The notes under the pieces were generated by a model, which saw nothing but the letters and a program-made list of their open reading frames with translations, searched no databases and had not been told where the DNA came from. Positions 11,583 to 21,323 of a stretch of 64,000 nt of DNA are shown here, piece by piece (within the stretch, counting starts at the first letter, position 1; each line of letters opens with the position of its first letter). Source of the stretch: an uncultured Nitrososphaeraceae archaeon (lineage in GTDB: Archaea > Thermoproteota > Nitrososphaeria > Nitrososphaerales > Nitrososphaeraceae); assembly GCA_963825865.1 (NCBI GenBank), contig CAWGVG010000028.1, positions 42,388-106,387 on the forward strand. Direction: 5' to 3'. Position numbers and translations under genes: made by a program.

Positions 11583-12407
11583 TTGCTTGATTTAAATTTA
11601 ATGATATCATCGCGAGCTGGAATCAATGTAGTCTATTCCTCTGCCAATTTACCACAATTACCGTCTCCTTATTTGATTTGCGGTTTTCCAGGTAGTGGAT
11701 ATGTTGGGAAGATGGCAGTCGACCATTTGATTCAAGAGCTTGATGCAAAACATGTGGCTGATATTTATTCGACTTCTTTTCCTCCCCAGGTGATGATTAG
11801 GGCTGATGGAACGGCAGACCTCATGAAAAATAGTATTTTTTATTCAAAGGGTACTGCTTCCTCTGATGCCAGTCTTCTATTACTTACCGGAGATTCACAA
11901 CCTGCAAATCCTGATTCTGAATATACTCTAGCCGAAGAGATTCTGGACATAGCCGCTAAATTTAATACACAAAAAGTCTTTACTTTGGCAGCATACATTA
12001 CCGGTGTCTTTGTAGATAAGCCACGCATTTTTGGAACTGCTACTGATGCCGATATTGTAAAAGCGTTTCGCGAACAAAATGTGTCGGCAATGGATGGTGG
12101 TAGTATAACAGGTATGAATGGACTCATTATTGGTGTTGCAAAACTTCGTGGAATGAAAGGTACCTGCCTATTAGGAGAAACATCTGGATATGTAGTTGAT
12201 GCCAAGGCTTCTAAGTCTATTTTGGAAGCTTTGCTTCCAATGATGGGTGTCAAGATAGATATGACTAGCCTTGAAAAGAGAGCAAAAGATACCGAAATGT
12301 TAATCCAAACTATAGAACAACAAATGGCCGGAAGAGCAGGAAGAGTATTGGAAGGTCAACAAACTACCATGCCGCATAAACCAGCAGATACAGGTTATAT
12401 TAGCTAA
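11583..12407 (+). CDS. PAC2-family proteasome assembly chaperone
   Basis: CGFPGSGYVGKMAVDHLI, GDSQP, ITGMNGL, CLLGET. Confidence 0.9.
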   Translation: MLDLNLMISSRAGINVVYSSANLPQLPSPYLICGFPGSGYVGKMAVDHLIQELDAKHVADIYSTSFPPQVMIRADGTADLMKNSIFYSKGTASSDASLLLLTGDSQPANPDSEYTLAEEILDIAAKFNTQKVFTLAAYITGVFVDKPRIFGTATDADIVKAFREQNVSAMDGGSITGMNGLIIGVAKLRGMKGTCLLGETSGYVVDAKASKSILEALLPMMGVKIDMTSLEKRAKDTEMLIQTIEQQMAGRAGRVLEGQQTTMPHKPADTGYIS

Positions 12408-12636
12408 CTACATAATTAATCTACCTGGCATAACTATGGGATTGGTCGTTTTATTTTTAAAGTGTGTCTTGGATATTGTTCTAATAGAGAATACTAATCA
12501 ATGTAGATCTGATAGATGTCGAGATAATGATTTCGAACGTACTAATATTGAATTCGTTTGAATGTATTTGCAGTTTTGACTAGTGCTATACTGGATTTAG
12601 CAGTCTATTTTTTAAAATCAGTCAAAAGATAATAAT

Positions 12637-12924
12637 CTACAGTTTTTTCAGTTTGCCGTATCTTCCTATATTTAAACTATTTTCTCCGCGAAATGCCTGA
12701 GTATATCCATTCTCAACAGAGACTTTATCACCCTGTTTTACCATATTGATTTGCTCATCCCATAAAGAAAGCTTAATACTTCCAGTTTCGTCTGAAATGG
12801 TGGCATCTGCAACCTGGGCCGTACCACCTGTTCTAAGATTAACTGTTCTTGGTTCTGTAAGACTATTGATGTTTCCTATTACGCTAACTCCCCGCATTCC
12901 TGTTTTCAGCTCGCCGATCTTCAT
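12637..12924 (-). CDS. ssb: single OB-fold ssDNA-binding protein
   Basis: MKIGELK...VADATISDETGSIKLSLW...ENGY...GRYG; TATA-like CTTTATTATAA ~25-35 bp upstream of the ATG at 12924. Confidence 0.85.
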   Translation of the reverse strand: MKIGELKTGMRGVSVIGNINSLTEPRTVNLRTGGTAQVADATISDETGSIKLSLWDEQINMVKQGDKVSVENGYTQAFRGENSLNIGRYGKLKKL

Positions 12925-12968
12925 TTTCTCGTACAAATTCATCTTATTGTTATAATAAAGGTTCTGGA

Positions 12969-13108
12969 TTACATGCTGCTTGTCATCATGGACTGGCCGA
13001 ATCAGTACATACTAGTCTTATTCCAGCAATCGTCTTTTCCCTAATCTCGTGGATGGTTTTCGAGTGACACTTTGTGCATAATTTATAGACTATTTCTGGT
13101 TTCGGCAT
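12969..13108 (-). CDS. small zinc-ribbon protein (~46 aa, one missing base), not in the ORF track
   Basis: MPKPEIVYKLCTKCHSKTIHEIREKTIAGIRLVCTD; adding one G gives ...CTDCGQSMMTSSM*, completing two CxxC pairs. Confidence 0.6.
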
Positions 13109-13357
13109 ATATCGTAGTTACACCTTATAAAAGGTAACAATTACTTTAACTTTAAGATAAATCATCTAAGATGGTGAAGTATTGTTGATGCTTTGGTATG
13201 ACATTGCTGAGATTTATTGTACCGAGAACATATATGCTGGTTAATAAAATCGAAGTCTAATTACCTAGACTAATGGTGATGGTGATTATGATAGCAACAA
13301 TTTTCGACCCTATTAATAGTAACTATGAAATAAGGATTCAGAGACAAAGCGCTTAGT

Positions 13358-13486
13358 GGAGGGGTAGCGAAGCCTGGTTAAACGCGCAGGACTCAAGATT
13401 TCATATAAATATTCTGCGTAAGAGGGGAATTGTTATGGGTAATCCCGTCCCTTAGGGGTTCGTGGGTTCGAATCCCACCTCCTCCA
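13358..13486 (+). tRNA. tRNA-Leu(CAA) with a 44-nt intron at 37/38 (13398..13441)
   Basis: Acceptor GGAGGGG/CTCCTCC plus A, anticodon CT CAA G, long variable arm, GTTCGAATC; CUCA pairs with intron UGGG between two 3-nt bulges. Confidence 0.9.
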
Positions 13487-13894
13487 CATAAACATTAGAT
13501 TATAGTTACTGGACCACTCCAAAGGTGCACTATTACAAGATTTTGAAACCTTACAAATACAGGAGTTAAAATCTTCTTTTACCAATGATAATTGCAGGAG
13601 ATAGAAATAAGCGAGACCGGTTATTATATTAGGAATTCAAAACAAGGCCTATGAATCATAAAGTTGATGGAAAATGGACGAAAAATTCAGATCTAAGAAA
13701 CGCTTTTTTATCGTGCTTTTAAGTTAAACAAGAGGTGTTAAATCAATAAACCAGAGTCTTTATGATAATCATTCAGACTAAACGCAATTTGTCATAGATA
13801 GGCCTAAATAATAAACAAAATTATGCTGCTATTCTTCTTGTGGTTGCCGTTTTCTTCAAAATTCTTAAATTAGATATTTTTTACTTTATACTTT

Positions 13895-14140
13895 ATGGAA
13901 GAAAATAGCAAGGAAATTACTGATTGGCAGGCTTTAGTAAACAAGCCTGTCTATAGTAGCGATGGAAAAGAAGTAGGAATTGTTTCTTCAGTTCAACCAG
14001 AAAAGCTTGTGGTATCATACGGACCATTAACTCCTGATAAATACCTTATTCCAAAATCGTCTATTAAGAACTTTGACAATGGGATAGTATATTTAAATGA
14101 ATCTTCAGAGTTTGTTGAAATCAACTACCAATTCGAATAA
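13895..14140 (+). CDS. PRC-barrel-like small protein
   Basis: DWQALVNKPVYSSDGKEVGIV...YLIPKS pattern. Confidence 0.75.
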   Translation: MEENSKEITDWQALVNKPVYSSDGKEVGIVSSVQPEKLVVSYGPLTPDKYLIPKSSIKNFDNGIVYLNESSEFVEINYQFE

Positions 14141-14296
14141 AATAATAAACGGTTAAAAGAAATAGTTTCCATTCATCGTTTACTATGGTCGAAAAAGCTG
14201 ACAAGGCCCCAACCGTAACATCATCATCATCAGCAGCAAAGTTAAAGTCAAGTTATCAAAGCCTCATTCACGAAGGCAGCAACCCTCTTCCCAAAA

Positions 14297-14593
14297 ATGG
14301 ATCAAAAGTTATTGTTGGATATTCTACAATTTGAAACCACCTACAATGATTGGGAGGGCAGTGTGATGCTCAAAGTAGTTTATCCTGCCGACAAAGTTGA
14401 TTTGGATTCTAAAAAAGATTGGATATATAAAAAGTACGAACGTGTACCATCTGTAGAAGAAGGTAGGACGCTTAGATTCAAAGCAATACGCATGTATATT
14501 GAAGAGATCGAGAAATTGTTGAATGAAGACCAGGAAATAGAATATGTTACTGGTTCAGCAACATTGACCCCTTCAGACGCCTATTCAGCATAA
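14297..14593 (+). CDS. hypothetical protein
   Basis: 98-aa ORF with ATG and protein-like composition; family not recognised. Confidence 0.55.
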   Translation: MDQKLLLDILQFETTYNDWEGSVMLKVVYPADKVDLDSKKDWIYKKYERVPSVEEGRTLRFKAIRMYIEEIEKLLNEDQEIEYVTGSATLTPSDAYSA

Positions 14594-15178
14594 ATAAAAT
14601 ATCCTTTACTTTTTATCATTCACGAAAGATATGGTTCTAAAGGATGCACACACATTGTCACTGTGATGTTGATCTTTTTTACTATTATTTTTTAATATGA
14701 AAAATACCGCACAATAAAGTAGGAAAGAGATATGTGCCGAGGATGAACAAAAGACAATTCCAAAGATGAAATTGGCACAGCAAGGCATGCGTCTATATAT
14801 GACACAATGTCGATTATACCATGCCATAGGGGAAGGCGAGCAAAGATCATACCTGATCAGACCCGTGGGCAATCTGATGTATTAAGACGCGGCACAACAA
14901 TTCACGATAGTGGAAAAGAAAACGAAAGAAGCTGTAACTAAAATTGAGGAGAGGAAGCAATTTCAAGAGGTCGTACCAACAGCGATGTCAAATTTTGTAT
15001 GCAGTAAATGCGGCAAATGACCTAGTCAAGGGTAAACGCTTTGTCCTTGTTCCTGAAAAATAGAAAAACAATACATGATTAGCCATTACTTACCTTACCT
15101 GATCTATTCTCTATTATAGGATATAGGATAATCTCGTTACCCATAACAATATACTACCTACAGGTAAGTACCTTATAG

Positions 15179-15574
15179 TTAGTATATTGATCGCGGAACC
15201 TTTATTCCCTTGCTGTTAATTATGCAATATATTTCAGGTAGAGAATAGACAAAACCTACATGGACGCAGTCTGACCTTTCATCTAATAGACACTGCAATT
15301 CTGCATTTTGTAATAATACTTCTGCAATTCTATTTCGTTTGTTGTCTTTTACTATAACTCGATTCTGATCAATGGCAAGCTTTTCCATAAATGGTGCGTG
15401 CTTGGCAAATGCTTCATACTTTATCATCATCTCCTCCATCATGCTAGTAAGATATCCTGAGAAGCTTGTGATACCTTTTAACTCTAATTCTTTTTTGTTT
15501 TTTTCATAAATTTCGAAGAACTTTTTATAGACGTTTTCGCTTACCGTGATAGATTTGAAGCCTGCCTTAGGCAT
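15179..15574 (-). CDS. protein with N-terminal ribbon-helix-helix-like motif
   Basis: FKSITVSENVYKKF...SFSGYL resembles RHH/antitoxin-type N-termini; C-terminal C-x6-C-x-H. Confidence 0.7.
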   Translation of the reverse strand: MPKAGFKSITVSENVYKKFFEIYEKNKKELELKGITSFSGYLTSMMEEMMIKYEAFAKHAPFMEKLAIDQNRVIVKDNKRNRIAEVLLQNAELQCLLDERSDCVHVGFVYSLPEIYCIINSKGIKVPRSIY

Positions 15575-16103
15575 AGTAACAGTACGGTAATGGACGGAAT
15601 GATATAAGAGTTCTGTCTGTTGGTTCTGTCAAATCTCTGCATGTCAAAAATATGCTTGTCAAACTTGCATGGTATATCCCAAATTTTGAGGATGTAAGAG
15701 TTTATCAGTGGGCATTTGTATTATATTCCTAGACGTGTATTGAACTTTATGTTAAATCATCCATATACCAGAGTTGTAGATTTAATTGATAATATTAAAA
15801 AGAAAAACTCACGTTAGTATTTTGAAGCTTCATTAATAGCCTTAGATACATATGTTGTTTCTGCATGAACAAGAGCATTGTCTCGTATTTCTATTAGTGC
15901 TAGCAGTGCTCGCTTTTCCTTGTCTCTTTAACCTATCTACAAGATTCTCGAATTCTTCCTGTGTGGAATCTCATTTGAGTAATTTCTGTTTCAATTTTTC
16001 TACAACATCATTTTTAATCAAGTTCTATCGCTTGTTCTATTCGCTATTTGTGTGTATATGTATATGTGGGAATGCAAATACTACAATCATCATTGCAGAA
16101 TAG

Positions 16104-17807
16104 TATGGTATGCCCCAGTCGCAATTCTCCCTCAGTAATTAATTATGGTAAGAGGGGCAAAAGAGTAGTAAAACAAATCATGCTCTACAAAGATTGTGGT
16201 AGACAGTTTAGAAAAGAGCAGGAGGATGTGTTTGCAAAATTACAAACTGACCACGAGATTGTATCTTTAATTTTATCTATGCATTGTAGAACCGTTAGTC
16301 CAAGAGGTATTTGTTCAGTATTACGCGAAACTTATGGTATTAAAGTGTCATACCAAACTATACACAATTACCTAAAGAGATTTGAAAAACTATTAACGGA
16401 ATACATGAAAAGCTTAAAGCCAAAGTTTAGTGGCGCTGTTAATGTTAATGAACTCTATGTAAATGAATATCTATTTTCTGCATTAAATCCAAACACTAGT
16501 TATTTGCTATGCACAGGGGTTGTTGCCTAATTTGATATCGCATATGGTGTCACCTTTATTCCCAGTTTGTTTGCACATTGTAGTCTGTTAAGGACTTCTA
16601 GGTTCCAGCCTATTGATTTAATTAATCCAAATCTTTTCTGATTGTTCTTTAATCTGAATGTGCAGTATAGCTGATGACTGATGATGTTTAGTTTCTTCAG
16701 CTCCAAATATTCCTTCTATCAATCCTCTATAACGATATATTGATGCATTGAATATCTTTTCTAGCCTTCTTTCTGTATTTGTTCTTCTTACTACTGCTAT
16801 TCTTGTTCTTGGAGTTTTTTCTCTGCTTGATATTTGGAAGCATGTTCATGTTAAACACTGACTGGAAGTTCTTGTTGCCATCATAAGCTCTGTCACCATT
16901 GAATGTTGAACCTGCAAAGTCTAATCTATATTTCTTCAATCTGTTTAGCATTGTTCGGAGTACTGGAGAATCGTGTGTTTTCTTACTGGTAAGTCGTGTA
17001 TTAAGTATTATGAGATGATCAAGTATCCCTGTGATATGCCATTTCAGATACTGTTTTACCCTTATCTTTTCGAATTTCTTACTACTACTATTTTTGATAA
17101 ATTGTACTTCGATATCTGTACCTGTTTGTCTCTACACCGGTGCTATCTGATGCGAGAATACCCTTCTTCCAGCCTGATTCTTTCAAACATAAATAAGCTG
17201 ACCATATTAGTACACGTTCAAGATATATCAGCGGTATCTTCTTGAATGTACGTGATATCCATGTATGATTTGGATATGGCTCGTTATTCCATGGCAAATT
17301 AAGGAGGGGTACTATATTCTGTATATCTCTGTACGTTGAACCGAAAACAACCATCAATATACAAATACAGACAAGTTTTTCCCAAGAATGAATTGGTTTC
17401 CTTCCTCTATTACTGTTCTTCTTTGAAGTAGGAGGAGGATTTTCTTTGACCAGAGAAACTATATTTTCGATAAGCATATCTCGTTCTAGGGTATGTGCTA
17501 GATGGTAACACAACCAGTAACCATCTTTCCTCTTGTGCTTGCAAGTCAATAAGAGGGTGCATACCCTTTCTAAGCTAAATCGAAAACCGTGAAATCATAT
17601 TTACAGTCAATTAAAACGAATTAGGCAACAACCCCGCTATGCACAGTATTAACACAAAAGAAAGATAAGGGTGCTAAAGAACTATTCCGGAAATTAACAC
17701 AGGCTACACGACATAACAAAACTAATGAAAATATTAAAACAATAACCTCAGATGGACTCGTGGCATTTCATACAGCAATAAAGACAATGAGCAGATTCTC
17801 CCTATAA
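16104..17807 (+). pseudogene. IS6-like DDE transposase interrupted by an IS at 16516..17635
   Basis: Degenerate Zn ribbon, HTH (VSYQTIHNYL), VNELYV; removing the IS and one TSD continues in frame: ...YLLCT-VLTQKKDKGAKELF...TITSDGL. Confidence 0.75.
16516..17635 (-). mobile_element. IS5/IS4-superfamily insertion sequence, 1120 bp (copy A)
   Basis: TIR GGGGTTGTTGCCTAATT at both ends; 10-bp TSD GCTATGCACA (16506-16515 and 17636-17645); transposase ASDSTG, GDRAYD, YRGLIEGIFG, frameshifted. Confidence 0.93.
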
Positions 17808-17916
17808 ATAACAGACTAAAACTTAGTAGTATGTTTTCATATATATGATGTTAAGGTATGCATCCTAAGATAATTGTTGTATCGACTTTATATCGCGTAT
17901 CGTGCAACAATTAAAT

Positions 17917-18000
17917 ATGATTTGGACACTGATATACATAGTAATTGGTATTATTGTGCTTATACTGTTGCTGAGATTTCTTTTCCATCTTCTGGGTTAG
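17917..18000 (+). CDS. 27-aa single-TM peptide
   Basis: MIWTLIYIVIGIIVLILLLRFLFHLLG*; TATA-like CTTTATAT ~25-30 bp upstream. Confidence 0.55.
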   Translation: MIWTLIYIVIGIIVLILLLRFLFHLLG

Positions 18001-18037
18001 TCAACTAATAAAATATTATTGCGAGGTAAGGAAAGAT

Positions 18038-18302
18038 ATGATTGATAAGCTTATCGAAAAACTATTGCAAAATGTTACTTCTGCCTATATGCCAAAGTTC
18101 CAAAATATTGCACAGACAAGATCTAATGAACTTGCTGATATGAAGGCAAAGGTACAGTACAAACCCAGAAGATGTTGAAGCATGGTTTGATAAAGAAATT
18201 GAAAAACTAAGTAATGTGGATGTTACTGGGTTAATGGAGAAAATGAAGGGATCCTATGATGTGGATGTTACTGGGTTAATGGAGAAAATGAAAAGATTCT
18301 AG
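18038..18302 (+). CDS. small helical hypothetical protein, frameshifted, with an internal duplication
   Basis: MIDKLIEKLLQ... then EDVEAWFDKEIEKLSN(VDVTGLMEKMK)x2. Confidence 0.4.
18214..18292 (+). repeat. 34-bp exact direct repeat, 45-bp period
   Basis: ATGTGGATGTTACTGGGTTAATGGAGAAAATGAA at 18214 and 18259. Confidence 0.9.
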
Positions 18303-18509
18303 GTATATCACATCTACTTTTAAATACATAGATGGCTACTACTTGCAAAATATCCTTACCCCTTCCTAACAATCTGTGTCACAGAAAAATGTGGTTTGAT
18401 ACGTCAGACCACAATTTACAGCTTGAATTCCTTACTTAAATACATATAAAGTTAGAAATTTCTGATTTCTAGAAAAACTAGGGATAATAAAAGACTCTAC
18501 GGCTCTTCT

Positions 18510-19457
18510 GTGATGGATCCGAGTGAACAGATGCATTCCGGGGGTAAACTAGACGATCGTAATAAGGCTACTTATTGTAATCAATGTAATAACGATACAG
18601 TAATTTTTGATATGGTCTCTAGCGAATTTGTATGTAGTTCCTGTGGCTGTGTTGCAAGCGATAAATTTTTTAATAATGAACATAGTAATGAGTATTCTAC
18701 TCAGTCTGAATACAGCGATAGATCTAGAACAGGAATGCCAGAATCTTTAGCTATTCATCACAAAGGTCTATCCACCTTAATTGGAATGGGTGATACTGAT
18801 GCAAGGGGCAAAGCTCTGGAACCTGAACAAAGAATGAAAATGCAAAGATTACGGACATGGAACAATAGATCCCAACTAAATGATTCTATATCTAGAAACT
18901 TAGAGAAAGCTCTAAAATTTTTGAATAACTTTGGAGATAAATTATATCTCAGTCAGGCAGTTTTGGAAAGTGCAGCATATATTTATAGAAAAGCTGCAAT
19001 AAAGAAACTTGCTAAAGGTAGATCAACTCTTGGTTTGGTTGGAGCTGCACTTTATGCTGCGTGTAGAGAGACTGCAACACCAAAAACGATTTCTGATGTT
19101 GCGGCCGTATGTAATTTATCTAGTAAGGACGTAATGTCGCATTATAAGTTGATATTAAGAGAACTCTCTTTGCAAATGCCAGTCCTTCATGGGCCAGACT
19201 ACGTTACCCTGCTTGCAAACAGACTGAACCTGAGTGAAAAAATAAAGCGTGAAGCATTGAAAATATATTCTCAAGTACAGCAAAATAGAATTTCGATAGG
19301 CAAAAACCCAAGGGCCCTTGCAGGCGCCGTAATTTATTTAGCGTCGCAGAACTGCAACGAGTTCCTCAGACAGGTAGAGATCTGTCAAATAGCTGACATA
19401 TCAACAGTCTCCTTGAGAAAGAGATGTAAAGAGATCAAAGCAACTCTCAAGATTTAG
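18510..19457 (+). CDS. tfb: transcription initiation factor IIB paralogue
   Basis: Zn ribbon CNQC/CSSC, SRTG, GLST, two cyclin repeats (KGRS, GKNP). Confidence 0.93.
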   Translation: MMDPSEQMHSGGKLDDRNKATYCNQCNNDTVIFDMVSSEFVCSSCGCVASDKFFNNEHSNEYSTQSEYSDRSRTGMPESLAIHHKGLSTLIGMGDTDARGKALEPEQRMKMQRLRTWNNRSQLNDSISRNLEKALKFLNNFGDKLYLSQAVLESAAYIYRKAAIKKLAKGRSTLGLVGAALYAACRETATPKTISDVAAVCNLSSKDVMSHYKLILRELSLQMPVLHGPDYVTLLANRLNLSEKIKREALKIYSQVQQNRISIGKNPRALAGAVIYLASQNCNEFLRQVEICQIADISTVSLRKRCKEIKATLKI

Positions 19458-20408
19458 CGTATTTTTACTACGTATTGTGATAAATCTATAGCATTATGTA
19501 TTGAGTGTAATTGTTTGCTGGATATTGATATATATGCAGCTTTGAAGTTCGGATATGCTTCTTTGGACGAAAACAACGTCATTACCATGCCATCATGATC
19601 AATTTTGAAGCCTTGGCAAGGTTCGTGTCCTCTGACAACGACTTTTGTTCCTGATATCTTTAACCATTTTTTAGAGATATTTATTCCAAAGAGTCTCCCC
19701 ACACCTCTTTCCGAATATCTCCAATCCCGTTTATGAATTTGGTTCCAAGGGTCATTCCATAGAATTTCTTCCATTATTCGGTTATGGATATGATTGTCTT
19801 GGGCAGCAGCAACGGACTTTCTTAAATCTTTAGTTAATCCTGCAACTTCGGTAGGCAGTCCTCCGTGAACGAGAAGCAAATGGTTTTTTATAACGGTTGT
19901 CAGTATAAGTAATGGAAAAAAAGTCAATAACTTTTTATTATAGATCATCTTACCTAAGTTTTCACCATAATATTTGATAATTTTGAATGGCAGGTCGTGC
20001 GACGAAAACGGAAATTCAAGCGGTGCTTCATGATTTCCACGCATTAATACGATAGAATCCTGGGAATTTTTGTTTTAAATAGCAGATTAAATATAAAACT
20101 CCGACTGAATCACTTCCCCTGTCAACATAGTCACCTAAGAATATGATTTTGTTATGAGGATTGAGCAGGAATTCTTGGAAAGCAATATCTTGAAGAACCT
20201 TGAAAAGGGATTTGAAATCACCATGAATGTCGCCAATGATTATGAGATTTTCTGGAGTTCGCAGTTCGGCAACTCCTCCCATAATTTTCCCCCCTATAAT
20301 ACGACCAATTTGTCTTTCCTTTTGCAAGACGTTGGTAGCTGCATCAATGACATGAACAAAATCCGAAGCGTCTATGTTGAGAGGAGATGTTGCAAGGCCT
20401 GTAAGCAA
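19454..20408 (-). CDS. PPP-family Ser/Thr protein phosphatase, frameshift near 2005x
   Basis: GDIHG, GDYVDRG, RGNHE, HGG, ILWNDP, RGHE. Confidence 0.92.
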
Positions 20409-20604
20409 TTATTATAGATAGAATCGTCTACAAAGTTAAATATCTTCTTATAATAAAGAAAGAAGGAACTGCTCGGGCTCTTACTAATGGTATAATATTG
20501 GTTTAGTAAATATATATGCCTTGTTGACACAAAATTACTGACATAGAAATCTTCTAGGTTTTTTTTGGATTAGAAAGTATGTTTAGTATTAAAAGCGATA
20601 CATT

Positions 20605-20928
20605 TTGAGTTACTTTGGTCAGACATTGCCACTAAACGCAAGAGGTTGGAGTAATAGGGGATGGTTAGAGATAATCGAATTTATACTTTCAATGTGTGAG
20701 AATGGCGCTAGAAAGACTCACGTAATGTATAGATGTAATTTGAATTCTAAACAAATTAATGAATATCTGAATTTTCTTCTGGAATGTGAAATGCTCGAAA
20801 AGATACAGGAGCGTCCAAACTCAAAACGTTATATTTTTAAGACTGCTGAGTTGGGCAAAAAATTCATTGAAAGATATAAACAACTTGCAGAACTTTTTGG
20901 TAAGCCTCCTCCACCATCACTAACATGA
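20605..20928 (+). CDS. winged-helix transcription regulator (HTH_45-like)
   Basis: RGWLEIIEFIL...KTHVMYRCNL...YLNFLL...TAELG. Confidence 0.85.
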   Translation: MSYFGQTLPLNARGWSNRGWLEIIEFILSMCENGARKTHVMYRCNLNSKQINEYLNFLLECEMLEKIQERPNSKRYIFKTAELGKKFIERYKQLAELFGKPPPPSLT

Positions 20929-21021
20929 ATATTAGATTTTTTTCGTTACTGTGAATAATGTTTCTATCTGATAGTTCCATTCACATTAAATGAAATGTAA
21001 GTTTAATTCTATTGTCCAGGA

Positions 21022-21318
21022 ATGAAGAATCGTAGTCGTTATGAGGTAATCGCAGCAATTCTAAAATCAGCTAGTAGGGAAGAAACGCGAACGAAAATAA
21101 TGTATAAAGCCATGTTAAGTAACGACCAGTGCAAAATCTATCTTGACTCTCTACTTCATAGCGGTCTCATTCAAGAAGTTAATAGCGGCAATAAAATGTT
21201 CTATAGAATAACACATAAGGGTAACAAATTTCTCTTATATTACGATCAAATGAAAGAGTTATTACCTGTTGGAATAGAAGAAAACATCACAAATGAATAC
21301 TATCATTTGAGTCCATAA
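21022..21318 (+). CDS. winged-helix transcription regulator (HTH_45-like)
   Basis: MKNRSRYEVIAAIL...TKIMYKAMLS...YRITHKG. Confidence 0.88.
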   Translation: MKNRSRYEVIAAILKSASREETRTKIMYKAMLSNDQCKIYLDSLLHSGLIQEVNSGNKMFYRITHKGNKFLLYYDQMKELLPVGIEENITNEYYHLSP

Positions 21319-21323
21319 TATCC

